Assembly: GCA_963830915.1 (NCBI GenBank)
Contig: CAWHOE010000045.1
Coordinates: 14,742-78,741, forward strand
Direction: 5' to 3'
DNA length: 64,000 nucleotides
From: a candidate division FCPU426 bacterium
GTDB lineage: Bacteria; Oederibacteriota; Muellerivitia; Muellerivitales; Muellerivitaceae
In this document: positions 31,988-41,803 of the stretch, in pieces
How the letters are laid out: every line of letters begins with the position of its first letter
How positions within the stretch are numbered: the stretch's first letter is position 1
Position numbers and translations under genes: made by a program
Notes under the pieces: generated by a model
The model's input: only the letters and a program-made list of their open reading frames with translations
What the model was told of the DNA's origin: nothing
The model's database searches: none

Positions 31988-34921
31988 TTGATCAAGACAT
32001 CCGAGTTATTTTCCGTACCTCAAAAACAAAATCGTCATTGTGTCATCCTACTTTCCCTGATAGCGCTTTTTTCGTTCTTGCTCCCCAAAGCTATTTTCGC
32101 CGCAGCGACCGCTGATATCCAAGTCGATCAAGTGGGCTATCTTTCCAACGAAACCAAATTAGCCATGGTGACGAACACTTCCGCTTCCGGCACCTTTTAT
32201 CTTGTTTCAACTTCCGGGCCTACCACCGTATTGACCGGCACCCTCAGCGCGACCAACAACGACTCGGATTCGGGACTGGCGATCCGTTACGCGGACTTTT
32301 CGTCCGTGACCGTCACGGGCAATTACTATGTTTACGCGGTGGGGCTTGGACAAAGCGTCACCTTCGGTATCGGGCCCAATGCCCTTTCCAACGCTTTTTA
32401 CGAGACCATGCGGTTTTATTTCGTCCAACGCTGTGGGATGGCGATCACGGTGGTGAACGCGGGAACCACTTGGATCCACGGGGCCTGTCATACGACCGGA
32501 GCGGCCGATTCCGATGACCCAGCCACCTACCATTCCTCCACAGGCAAGACCGGCACCAAAGTCAGCACTCAGGGCTGGCATGACGCGGGGGATTACGGCA
32601 AATACATCGTCAACGCCAACATCTCGGTCGGGGAACTTTTGTGGGCTTTTGAGTGGTATAAATCGGCTTTAAGTTCCTTCAACTTGAATATCCCCGAGTC
32701 GGGTAATGGAACGCCGGATATCCTGAACGAATGTAAATGGGAACTGCAATGGATGCTGACCATGCAAGAGGCGAACGGGGGCGTTTGGGCCAAAGTGACG
32801 AGCGCGGGATTCCCCGCCGGGCCTCCCACGCCGGTTATGCCGGAAAATGATAACGCCGGCACCCGTTATATCATTGGAACGGGGAATGCCCCCTATGAGG
32901 ACGCTGGGGCTACCGCCGGTTTCGCAGCGGTCATGGCCATCGCCTCCCGGGTTTACCAACCTTATGACTCGACATTCGCCAGTACTTGCCTCACGGCCGC
33001 GGAGAACGCCTGGACATGGGCCAATGCCAACCCCAATTCCACGGTTTCCGCCAATCCAACGGGAATAACCACGGGTGTTTACAACGACAACGGCAATAGC
33101 ACCCCATCCTATCTTCTATGGGCGGCGGCGGAACTTTACCGAACCACAGGGACGGCCACCTATAACACCTATTTCATCAATAACTATAACAACGCCGCCT
33201 GGAGCTACCTGATCAAGGCGACCGAGTATCCCCAGGACTGGACCAACACCAAGAACCTGGCCTTTTGGTCCTACTATTTTTCGGGCCAATCGGGTGTGAG
33301 CGCGGCGGTCACGACCGCCATCTATAACGCCACCTTATCCACGGCCCAGGCCGTCACAACCCGGCAATCGACCGTTGGTTACAGGGTCAGCCTGGAAACC
33401 AGCGACTATATTTGGGGTTCCAACGGCGGGGTGGGGAATTACGGGATCCTTTTATTGATGGCCAACGCCATGAGCCCCAACGCCAATTACGTCCAGGCCG
33501 CCCTGGACGATGTGCATTATTTGCTGGGCCGAAACGGGAACAAGATGTCATTCGTGACGGACCTGGGGACCAATTTCCAGATGAATCCCCATCACCGCCC
33601 TAGTTGGTCCGATGGTATCACTTTGCCTTGGCCCGGCATGCTTTGCGGAGGACCTAACGCGGGCGGCGGCGACGGGATCACCCCAACCTCCGCTGGCGGA
33701 ACCAAGCCGGCGCTTTGCTATATCGATAACAACAACGCCTACGCTTCCAACGAGGAGGCGATCAATTGGAACTCACCATTGGTCTTTGTCCTCGCCAGTA
33801 CTTTGTCGGTCGGGACTCCGACCCCGACTTTTACGACCACGGCCACATCGACCTTAACAAGAACACCGACCGCCACTTCAACCCCGACGCCCTCGAACAC
33901 TCCTTCCAACTCGCCGACCAATTCATCGACATCGACCGCCAGTATGACCGCGACCAAAACACCCACGACCACATCAACTTGGACACCGGTGAATACCTTT
34001 ACGTCCACCGAGACCAGTACGCCCACTTCCACCTTCACATTGACCGCGACCAATTCGGCCACCAAGACCGCGACGGATTCGATGACGCCTTCCGCGACCG
34101 CCTCCCGGACCCCGACGGCCACATCAACAATGACCGATTCGGCTTCGCCTACTCCGACGCAAACGGTTTCATTCACTCCGACGCGCACCCCCACATCCAC
34201 CGATACGATCACCTTCACGCCCACCGTTACCTTCACCCCGACCAACAGCCAAACCGGGACCTTGAGCCCCAGCTTTACCCCAACGATGAGCTATACCCCG
34301 ACGATCACCCAGACCTGGACAGGGACCGCCACCTGGACCCTCACCGATACTTCCACCGACACGCTGACTTCCACCCGAACGGCAACACCTACGCCGACAC
34401 CCAGTTCAACTTACACCCCGACCTTTACCTCCACGACGACCTCTACCCTGACCTCCAGCCCGATCAACACCAATTCAACCACTCCCACTTTCACGACAAC
34501 CAAAACGGCTACCCTGACACCCACGGCCACATGGACGGTCCCGCCAGCCTTGACCAGCACGCCTACCTTTACTGATACGGTTGCGCCCACCCTGACACTA
34601 ACGCCTACGATGACCTGGACGCCCACGGTCCCAGTTGGCATCGTCCTGCTTCCGCCCTATCCCAATCCTTCCTGGGGTGACGGACCGATCAATTTTGAGG
34701 TTGCGACAGCGGGACAAGGTACGCTCAAGTGGTCGGTTTTCACCGTCTCTTTCCGGAAGGTCGCCTCGGGAATCCAATCCATCGATGGGTCCGCAAATTT
34801 CCAATGGGACCTGCGGGATCGATCCGGAACAAAAGTCTCATTGGGGCTTTATTACGTTCGTATCGAGGTGGTGGGGACTGGCGGCTCGATCAAGAAGATC
34901 TTCAAAATCCTTGTGCTCTAA
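31988..34921 (+). CDS. Secreted GH9 cellulase (N-terminal Ig-like CelD_N) + Thr stalk + C-terminal sorting-like domain
   Basis: IQVDQVGY, WHDAGDYGKY, PHHRPS, YASNEEAINWN; CTD ends KILVL. Confidence 0.93.
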   Translation: MIKTSELFSVPQKQNRHCVILLSLIALFSFLLPKAIFAAATADIQVDQVGYLSNETKLAMVTNTSASGTFYLVSTSGPTTVLTGTLSATNNDSDSGLAIRYADFSSVTVTGNYYVYAVGLGQSVTFGIGPNALSNAFYETMRFYFVQRCGMAITVVNAGTTWIHGACHTTGAADSDDPATYHSSTGKTGTKVSTQGWHDAGDYGKYIVNANISVGELLWAFEWYKSALSSFNLNIPESGNGTPDILNECKWELQWMLTMQEANGGVWAKVTSAGFPAGPPTPVMPENDNAGTRYIIGTGNAPYEDAGATAGFAAVMAIASRVYQPYDSTFASTCLTAAENAWTWANANPNSTVSANPTGITTGVYNDNGNSTPSYLLWAAAELYRTTGTATYNTYFINNYNNAAWSYLIKATEYPQDWTNTKNLAFWSYYFSGQSGVSAAVTTAIYNATLSTAQAVTTRQSTVGYRVSLETSDYIWGSNGGVGNYGILLLMANAMSPNANYVQAALDDVHYLLGRNGNKMSFVTDLGTNFQMNPHHRPSWSDGITLPWPGMLCGGPNAGGGDGITPTSAGGTKPALCYIDNNNAYASNEEAINWNSPLVFVLASTLSVGTPTPTFTTTATSTLTRTPTATSTPTPSNTPSNSPTNSSTSTASMTATKTPTTTSTWTPVNTFTSTETSTPTSTFTLTATNSATKTATDSMTPSATASRTPTATSTMTDSASPTPTQTVSFTPTRTPTSTDTITFTPTVTFTPTNSQTGTLSPSFTPTMSYTPTITQTWTGTATWTLTDTSTDTLTSTRTATPTPTPSSTYTPTFTSTTTSTLTSSPINTNSTTPTFTTTKTATLTPTATWTVPPALTSTPTFTDTVAPTLTLTPTMTWTPTVPVGIVLLPPYPNPSWGDGPINFEVATAGQGTLKWSVFTVSFRKVASGIQSIDGSANFQWDLRDRSGTKVSLGLYYVRIEVVGTGGSIKKIFKILVL

Positions 34922-35120
34922 CAAAACTTTTATTCGAAAAAATGCTGGTTTGTTTTCGACGCTTGATTCACACGTGAAAAAGCTAAAGTTTCATGTTCAA
35001 GTCTTTTTTCGACAAATATCACCTCGCTCGGACCGCACGGCCTAACGTTTCGTTCGAAAAGTTTTTTTATGGTACATTTTTCATATGGATTCCATCCTTG
35101 ATCAGTGAAACGGCCGTAAC

Positions 35121-38100
35121 TTGATCCCTACTTTATTAAAAATCTCAAAACTAATCTTTTCCCTAATAGTGGTATTTCTTTTATCGGCGCCAGCGTTCGC
35201 GGTGACCAATATCCCTTCCCAGGCTTGGAGCCGGGATATCAACGCGGGCGGTTATATCGATGGGGCGCCTATCGGCGGATTCGGCGCGGGAACGGTGTCC
35301 TGGGATTTTACGGGCGATTATTATTTGAACCGATTAAGCATCGGGGTCAGCGTTTTTTCCACCGACGCCAATTGCCATTTCTACATGTATCAAAAACCTT
35401 CCGGACAAGCCGCCGTCATGAAAATGCTTAACGCGGCCACCCTCGGGTCGGGACAGGCGAGTTACTACTCGTTATTCCCAAAATCCTGGGTCGATTACTA
35501 CGGCAGCGATTTTCCCTTGGAATCCAAAGTGACCCAATTCTCCCCGATCACTCCCAACGAATACCAATTCAGCAGTTATCCTGAGGGTATCTATGAATGG
35601 GATGTCACCAACAACCAGGCGGTATCGGTCGACTACGCGGTGATGTTGACCTGGGATAATACTTATGGGGGCACCAACGCCGCTGTCACGACTTCGGGCA
35701 CGAACACGGGCCTTGTTTTGACCCGCAATAACGGGAGCGCGACCAACCAAAACCAGGGGGAATTCACCCTGGCCACCCAAACCGGCGCCGGGGTCAGTGT
35801 CACCTATGAATCGGCCGCCTCGGTCGCGACCCTTCAAACCGCCTTCAATACCGCGGGCTTGCTTAGCGACACGACGGGGAACAATACGGTCGGGGCCATC
35901 GCCTTTAAGGTGACCCTGGCGCCGGGACAAAGCCTCAAGTGGCCCATCGTCATGGCCTGGGATATTCCCCTGGCAAAGCCTGGCTCGGGAGCCGCCTGGT
36001 ACCGGGAGTACACCCGTTATTATGGAAAGACAGGGCTCAATTCAGCCGCGATCGCGTTCGACGGTTTGACCAATTATTCAACGTGGGAATCCACGCTGGA
36101 CAGCTGGCAAAACAGCGTCTTGACCGGGCCTTATCCGGATTGGCTGAAGCAAATGGTCTTCAACGAGCTTTATTATTATTTCACCGGCGGGACCATCTGG
36201 GAGGCGGGGCAGTATGGAAACACCACCTACAACGCGGGGCCCGATATGTTCAGCAGTCTGGAAAGCTACATTTATGACTTTTACGGCACCTCGGATGTCC
36301 GGTTCTATGGGTCCTGGCCCCTGGCCCTGAATTGGCCCAATATCGACAAGCAGGAAGTGGAGCAATTCTGCGACAGCGTGGTGGTCAGTCCCTCCCAGCC
36401 TATGCCCCGTCCCGCGGCCATCGGCACTTGCGCCCACGATTACGGGGACGAGAACGGCCTATTCACCGAGTGGAACGCCTATGTATACCGCAATTCCACT
36501 ATCTGGAAAGACCTGAATTCCAAGCTGGTCCTCATGGTTTACAGGGCCTATGAGCTGACGGGCAAAAGCGACACCACTTTCCTGAATTACTGCTGGCCGG
36601 CGGTCCAGGCGGCCATGACGGATGTCCACGGTCAATGCGGCCCCGATGGGCTTCCCACCATCAGCGCCACGGACGCGAATTCCGGGGCTGACTGCACCTA
36701 TGACGACATGGGCCTCAATGGCGAAACGGCGTATTGCGGAAGCCTTTACCTGGCGGCCTGCGAGGCGGCCCAGGCCATGGCGACCGCCGAGGGCAACAAC
36801 GCCCTGGCGACGACCTACCAAGGCTGGTTGACCACGGGACAAACGGGTTTCGCCACCCTTTGGAACGGGACCTACTACAACATCGATAACGGGGCGACCG
36901 ATACGGCGCAAAACCGCATCATGGTGGACCAATTGTGCGGGCAATGGTACGCCAAGGCGGTCGGTTTGCCTGGCATCGTTTCCGACGCCAACGCCAACAG
37001 CGCCTGGCAGGCGGTCCACGATAACAACTGGTCCAAGTTCGACGGGGGCGCCCATGGAGCGGTCAATTCCATGACCTCCGCCGGGGCCATCGATACCAGT
37101 TGGTCCCAAAGTCAGGAGGTCTGGGTGGGGGTCAGCTGGGGGGCGGCGGCTGGCATGGCCCAACAGGGGATGTATAGCCAAGCGACCGACCTGGGTTATA
37201 GCCTCTACAATTCCATCTGGAACCTGGGCCAGTACTGGTTCAGGACGCCTGAGGCTTGGACGACGGGTTTGGGTGGAACAAGGGCCCCGTACTATATGAG
37301 GGCCAACGCCGTCTGGGCCCTCAAGCACGCTTACGATATCGGGCCGGCGCCTTGCGGGCTTCAAACCTGTACCACCACCCCGACCCACTCGCCCACTCCC
37401 ACCGCCACCATGGCCCCCACCCTGGACCCCTGCGGGGCGGCCTTACAACGGGTGAATTGCGCTGGGACCCAGTATGTAGCGGGGGGGATCACCTGGGTCG
37501 CTGACCAGGCCTACGCCACCGGAAGCTGGGGATATGTCAGCGGAACGGCGGCCGTTTCCATCACCAATACCATCACAGGCACCTCTTACCCGGGCTTATA
37601 CCAGACCGAACGATACGGTAACCCCGTGGAATATAAATTCACCGAGCCTAACGGTACCTATCAGGTCGTCTTGCGTTTCGTTGAGCAACATTGGACCGGC
37701 GCTAACGAGCGGGTTTTCAGCGTGGCGATCAACGGGGTCACCGTCATTTCCAATCTGGATATCTGGTCCCAAGTTGGGCAATACGCGGCTTATAACCAAA
37801 CGTTCTTGGTGCCTGTCACGGGAGGGCTCATTGATATCGTGGAAACCTCAACGGTCGACAACGCCGAGATCACGGGCATCGACATATTGAACAATAACAC
37901 CGCCTGCACGCCCACCTTGACGCCCACGGGAACCCTGCCCACGGCCACATTCTCGCCGACGGTGACACCCTCCCCGACCATCACCAAAACCTTCACGGTC
38001 ACCCCTACGTTCACCTTTACATTAACCCCAACCATCACCAACTCACCGACACCGACGGCCACGGTCTCGCCGACCTATACGACTAACCCTTGCGCGGCGG

Positions 38101-39644
38101 CCTATGATCTTGTGGATGTGGGCTCAAACGCGGCTTATTCGGGCACTTGGGGGACCTGGTCCATTGACCAGGCTTATTCACCGGGAGGATACGGTTATGT
38201 CTCCGCCGGGACCACGGCCGGGGCGACCGGCACCATCACGGGAACGACCGACCCGACCCTTTACCAGACCGAACGCTACGCCAACCCGTTGGAATACAAA
38301 TTCACCGTACCCAACGGCACCTACCTGGTCCTTTTGAAGAATGTCGAGATGTATTGGACGGCTGTGGGGGACAGGGTTTTCAGCGTGGCTATCAACGGGG
38401 TGACCGTCCTGAACAACCTGGATATCTTTTCAGAGGTAGGGAAGAACGTCGCGGACGACCATAGTTTTTATGTCACTGTGACCACGGGCTTGATCGATAT
38501 CGTCGCTACGGCCACGGCCGACAACGCTGAATTCGCCGCCATCGGCGTCATCAACGAGGCGCCCTGTTCACCCACCCCAACCCCGACGGGTTGGAATACC
38601 TCCACGCCTACCTCGACCGCGACCAAGACTTCCACATCGACAGCCACATCCTCTATGACCTCGACCTCTACATCCACTTTGACGAACAGCCCGACCGCGA
38701 CCTTCTCCCCGACCGCCAGCCCGACGAACAGCTCGACACAAACCGCCACCTCGACCTTTACGAATACTTCGACTTCGACCGCCACCATTACCCGGACTCC
38801 CACCAATACTCCCACGGGTACGGTGACGCCGGTACCCACCAATACCCCAACCTGGTCGCCCACCAACACTCAGACACCCACAAAAACGCCTACATTCACC
38901 TCGACCAATAGCAATACCTACACCCCCACGCCCACTTTTACCGTTCCGAATACACCGACCTTCACTAAAACGAATACTTCCACCTTTACATGGACCGTTA
39001 CCAATACCTTTACGGGCACCTTAGTCCCGACCTCCACTCCGACCAATACCGGTACCCCGACGTTGACTTTCACACCCACAAAAACAGCGACCTTATCCTT
39101 TACACCGACGTTCACTAACAGCTTCACCCCAACTTTGACCGCGACGAACACTTTAAGCCCGACTAAAACCGCGACCCCTACTTACACGGGAACTTTCACC
39201 TGGACCTCGACGGCCACTTATACCCCCACCAAGACCTTTACTTTCACCCCCACCTGGACCGCCACCAAGACCGATACCATAACCTTTACGCCGACCTTCA
39301 CCCCAACCGACACTCCCAGTCCGATATTGACGTCCACCCCGACGGGTGTTCCAACCTCCATCGTTATAAGTCCGCCTTATCCCAATCCCTCGGATGGAAC
39401 GAATCCGGTCACGGTCGCTCTTTGGTTGACGGGACCGTCCAAAGTGACCTGGGGCGTTTTCACGACCGCCTTCCGGAAGATCTACGAGGAAAACGACACT
39501 CTCAATGGCGCGGCTTGGTTCCAATGGAACCTGAAGGATAAAAAAGGCTCTAAAGTATCGGCTGGCGTCTATTACATCCGTGTGGAAGTTCAAACCGGTA
39601 CGACGAAAACCAGAAAAATACTCAAAGTGTTGGTCCTGCCTTAA
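35121..39644 (+). CDS. Secreted GH116 beta-glucosidase (GBA2-like) + two malectin-like domains + Thr stalk + C-terminal sorting-like domain
   Basis: [56 protein letters not shown]; 2x [25 protein letters not shown]; ends KVLVLP. Confidence 0.92.
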   Translation: MIPTLLKISKLIFSLIVVFLLSAPAFAVTNIPSQAWSRDINAGGYIDGAPIGGFGAGTVSWDFTGDYYLNRLSIGVSVFSTDANCHFYMYQKPSGQAAVMKMLNAATLGSGQASYYSLFPKSWVDYYGSDFPLESKVTQFSPITPNEYQFSSYPEGIYEWDVTNNQAVSVDYAVMLTWDNTYGGTNAAVTTSGTNTGLVLTRNNGSATNQNQGEFTLATQTGAGVSVTYESAASVATLQTAFNTAGLLSDTTGNNTVGAIAFKVTLAPGQSLKWPIVMAWDIPLAKPGSGAAWYREYTRYYGKTGLNSAAIAFDGLTNYSTWESTLDSWQNSVLTGPYPDWLKQMVFNELYYYFTGGTIWEAGQYGNTTYNAGPDMFSSLESYIYDFYGTSDVRFYGSWPLALNWPNIDKQEVEQFCDSVVVSPSQPMPRPAAIGTCAHDYGDENGLFTEWNAYVYRNSTIWKDLNSKLVLMVYRAYELTGKSDTTFLNYCWPAVQAAMTDVHGQCGPDGLPTISATDANSGADCTYDDMGLNGETAYCGSLYLAACEAAQAMATAEGNNALATTYQGWLTTGQTGFATLWNGTYYNIDNGATDTAQNRIMVDQLCGQWYAKAVGLPGIVSDANANSAWQAVHDNNWSKFDGGAHGAVNSMTSAGAIDTSWSQSQEVWVGVSWGAAAGMAQQGMYSQATDLGYSLYNSIWNLGQYWFRTPEAWTTGLGGTRAPYYMRANAVWALKHAYDIGPAPCGLQTCTTTPTHSPTPTATMAPTLDPCGAALQRVNCAGTQYVAGGITWVADQAYATGSWGYVSGTAAVSITNTITGTSYPGLYQTERYGNPVEYKFTEPNGTYQVVLRFVEQHWTGANERVFSVAINGVTVISNLDIWSQVGQYAAYNQTFLVPVTGGLIDIVETSTVDNAEITGIDILNNNTACTPTLTPTGTLPTATFSPTVTPSPTITKTFTVTPTFTFTLTPTITNSPTPTATVSPTYTTNPCAAAYDLVDVGSNAAYSGTWGTWSIDQAYSPGGYGYVSAGTTAGATGTITGTTDPTLYQTERYANPLEYKFTVPNGTYLVLLKNVEMYWTAVGDRVFSVAINGVTVLNNLDIFSEVGKNVADDHSFYVTVTTGLIDIVATATADNAEFAAIGVINEAPCSPTPTPTGWNTSTPTSTATKTSTSTATSSMTSTSTSTLTNSPTATFSPTASPTNSSTQTATSTFTNTSTSTATITRTPTNTPTGTVTPVPTNTPTWSPTNTQTPTKTPTFTSTNSNTYTPTPTFTVPNTPTFTKTNTSTFTWTVTNTFTGTLVPTSTPTNTGTPTLTFTPTKTATLSFTPTFTNSFTPTLTATNTLSPTKTATPTYTGTFTWTSTATYTPTKTFTFTPTWTATKTDTITFTPTFTPTDTPSPILTSTPTGVPTSIVISPPYPNPSDGTNPVTVALWLTGPSKVTWGVFTTAFRKIYEENDTLNGAAWFQWNLKDKKGSKVSAGVYYIRVEVQTGTTKTRKILKVLVLP

Positions 39645-39766
39645 CCTTTCTTGATCGGCTAACCCCGTCTTTTCCGACCTAAAACAACCAAGATCAATTA
39701 GCCACCGATGAACTTAACGCTGCATAGCTGCAACCAAAATTTGAAAACTGCGGATGACACCATATT

Positions 39767-39863
39767 CTCCCCCTTTGAAAAAGGGGGGAGGGGGGTATTA
39801 GTTGTTGCCGAAATGGTCCGGAAAAACTAACTCCCCCTTGTTCCCCCTCTTTCAGAGGGGGAG
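39767..39863. repeat. Inverted pair of C/G-run hairpins (REP-like)
   Basis: ctccccctttgaaaaaggggggag ... tccccctctttcagaggggga, with inner complementary arms. Confidence 0.65.
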
Positions 39864-39997
39864 ACGGTGCGACCAACAAATTGAAAAATGTCCATACCAA
39901 GGTGCGATTTGCAAATGGGTATCTAACGCCATATTTTCTCAGCGGGAATGGTCCTGTTTCTCCTGATTTAGCCTGCCAGGTTACGTATAATAAAAAC

Positions 39998-41011
39998 ATG
40001 AAAACCAACCAACCCATCCGTATCGGCGTCATTGGCCTGGGGCAGATCGCCGTGAAAGCCCACCTGCCGGGCTACGACAAGGTCAAAGGCTGTTCGATCA
40101 CGGCCATCCAATCCAATAGGGAAGAACACGCCAAGCGGGTCGCCGCGCAATACGGTATCCCTCATATTTATAAAGACTGGAAAAAGCTTCTGGAGTCGGA
40201 CCATGTGGACGCGGTTTCCATCTGCACGCCTAATTTCACCCATCTGCCCATCGCGCTCAAGGCGCTTAAGGAAGGCAAACATATTTTGGTGGAAAAGCCA
40301 TTGGGGTTGAGCCTTTCAGAGGTCAAGACCATGATCCAGGCGGCCAAGAAGTACCGCCGTGTCCTGATGGTCCATCACAATATGCGGTTCGACCCGGCCG
40401 TCCGGACGGCGCGAAAACTTTTATCGAGGAACGTGATCGGCAAGGTATTCGCCTTCAAAAGCACCCTGTCCCATCGGGGGCCCCAGGCCTGGAATCCCTT
40501 GGCCCAATGGTTCTTCGACAAGAAAAAAGCGGGAGGGGGCGCCTTGATGGACCTGGGCCCTCATCATTTCGACAGTCTTCGCTATCTATTACAGGACGAG
40601 GCGCGGGTGGTCGGCGCTGTGGCCACGAACGGAGGGGAACGGAACAGGGCGGGCGGCGAGGTCCATGCCTCTTGCCTTCTACAATTCAAGAAAGGCGCGG
40701 TCGGAGTGGTCACGGTCGGATGGGCGGACACTAATTACCAGAACCGCTTTTACTTCATCGGGACCAAAGGGACCCTGTCCTTGAATTTAGCCAAGGGCGA
40801 GCCGATCACGGTCGAGGTCAGGGATAAAGAAGGGAAGAGTCATCCTCCCCTGGCCAAAGACAGTTTCAACACCTCTATTTATAAACATTTCATCGATTGC
40901 GTCAAAAACGGCGAAAAACCCCAGGTCTCGGCCATGGAGGGTTTCAAGGTCTTGGAAATGATCGAGCAGGGTTACCGGCTCATCAAAAAAAATAGGTCCT
41001 TCCCCCATTGA
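39998..41011 (+). CDS. Gfo/Idh/MocA family oxidoreductase
   Basis: IGVIGLGQIA, ICTPNFTH, ILVEKP, GGGALMDLGPH; ATG 39998 preferred to 39881. Confidence 0.93.
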   Translation: MKTNQPIRIGVIGLGQIAVKAHLPGYDKVKGCSITAIQSNREEHAKRVAAQYGIPHIYKDWKKLLESDHVDAVSICTPNFTHLPIALKALKEGKHILVEKPLGLSLSEVKTMIQAAKKYRRVLMVHHNMRFDPAVRTARKLLSRNVIGKVFAFKSTLSHRGPQAWNPLAQWFFDKKKAGGGALMDLGPHHFDSLRYLLQDEARVVGAVATNGGERNRAGGEVHASCLLQFKKGAVGVVTVGWADTNYQNRFYFIGTKGTLSLNLAKGEPITVEVRDKEGKSHPPLAKDSFNTSIYKHFIDCVKNGEKPQVSAMEGFKVLEMIEQGYRLIKKNRSFPH

Positions 41012-41065
41012 GGCTGGGCCCCGCGCTGGAACCCTTGCATTTCGTCCGGTCGGGGTTTAATATAA

Positions 41066-41085
41066 TGTTACTCAATTAAGTAACA
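41066..41085. promoter_or_regulatory. TA operon operator palindrome overlapping a -10 box
   Basis: TGTTACT-caatta-AGTAACA directly after TATAAT 41061-41066. Confidence 0.7.
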
Positions 41086-41097
41086 AAGGAGCACCCC

Positions 41098-41352
41098 TTG
41101 AAATTCTTGAATATGCGCGACTTGCGCTTAAAAACCCCCGAGGTCATGAAGTGCGTGGAAAAAGGGGAAAAATACGTCATCACCAATCATGGAAAACCCC
41201 AGGCCGTTCTACTGCACCTGACCGAGGACGAGATCGAGGATTTGGTCTATAAACAGCCTGAGTTCATGAACCAGATCGAGGAGTCGAGGAAGGAGTACGG
41301 CAAGAAAGGCGGGGTGCCCCTTTCGGAAGCCCGCAAGCGGCTGGGACTCTGA
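41098..41352 (+). CDS. Phd/YefM family antitoxin
   Basis: MRDLR...YVITNHGKPQAVL; AAGGAG RBS. Confidence 0.88.
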   Translation: MKFLNMRDLRLKTPEVMKCVEKGEKYVITNHGKPQAVLLHLTEDEIEDLVYKQPEFMNQIEESRKEYGKKGGVPLSEARKRLGL

Positions 41353-41353
41353 T

Positions 41354-41626
41354 TTGGCGCTCCTCGTTGAACTTTCACCCCGTGCCTTGAGGGATTTAAA
41401 GGCTCTTGAAAGCGCCGCCGCCGAGGAAATCCTGGACGACCTGAAGATCCTCCAAACCCGCCCATGGCCCGGCCCCCCCAAAGTAAAAAAAATCGAAGGT
41501 TATAAGGATCTTTACCGTTTAAGGACCGGGGATTACCGGTCCCTGTTCGAACCCACCGAAAAGGGAGTGGTTGTTTTGCGTGTCCTGGACCGGAAAGAAC
41601 TGGAAAGAATCCTAAGGAATCTATAG
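41354..41626 (+). CDS. RelE/ParE family toxin
   Basis: RALRDLKAL, KKIEGY..LYRLRTGDYR; directly after the antitoxin. Confidence 0.9.
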   Translation: MALLVELSPRALRDLKALESAAAEEILDDLKILQTRPWPGPPKVKKIEGYKDLYRLRTGDYRSLFEPTEKGVVVLRVLDRKELERILRNL

Positions 41627-41656
41627 AGGATATGAATTTCTAAGGGAAGTAATTTG

Positions 41657-41745
41657 TCTGCGGCGGGGACCAGTTCCGTTTGGAACTGGTACACCCAAAT
41701 CTCGAACCTCGGCTTGTGGCCTCGGTTCAGGGGACCCGTCGTGGA
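41657..41745. repeat. Structured intergenic element (outer stem enclosing two hairpins)
   Basis: tctgcggcggg/cccgtcgtgga; accagttcc-gttt-ggaactggt; gaacctcggc-ttgtg-gcctcggttc. Confidence 0.5.
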
Positions 41746-41803
41746 TAACTAAAATCGACTGAATAAACGGTATTGAAAAGTTGTCCCGTTTGGAGGTTTT
41801 ATA

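Noticed and set aside
33766..34575. 269-aa His/Asp-rich + strand ORF inside GH9
   Set aside because: Alternative frame of the Thr repeat (ACC/ACG read as CAC/GAC); compositional artefact
11519..39151. Many Val-rich minus-strand ORFs (e.g. 12140-12514, 22067-22618, 30493-31077, 33739-34245)
   Set aside because: Antisense shadows of the ACN-rich Thr stalks; no RBS or independent motifs
10350..39644. Cellulosome (cohesin/dockerin) or Bacteroidota PUL
   Set aside because: No duplicated Ca-binding dockerin motif, cohesin repeats, SLH or SusC/SusD visible
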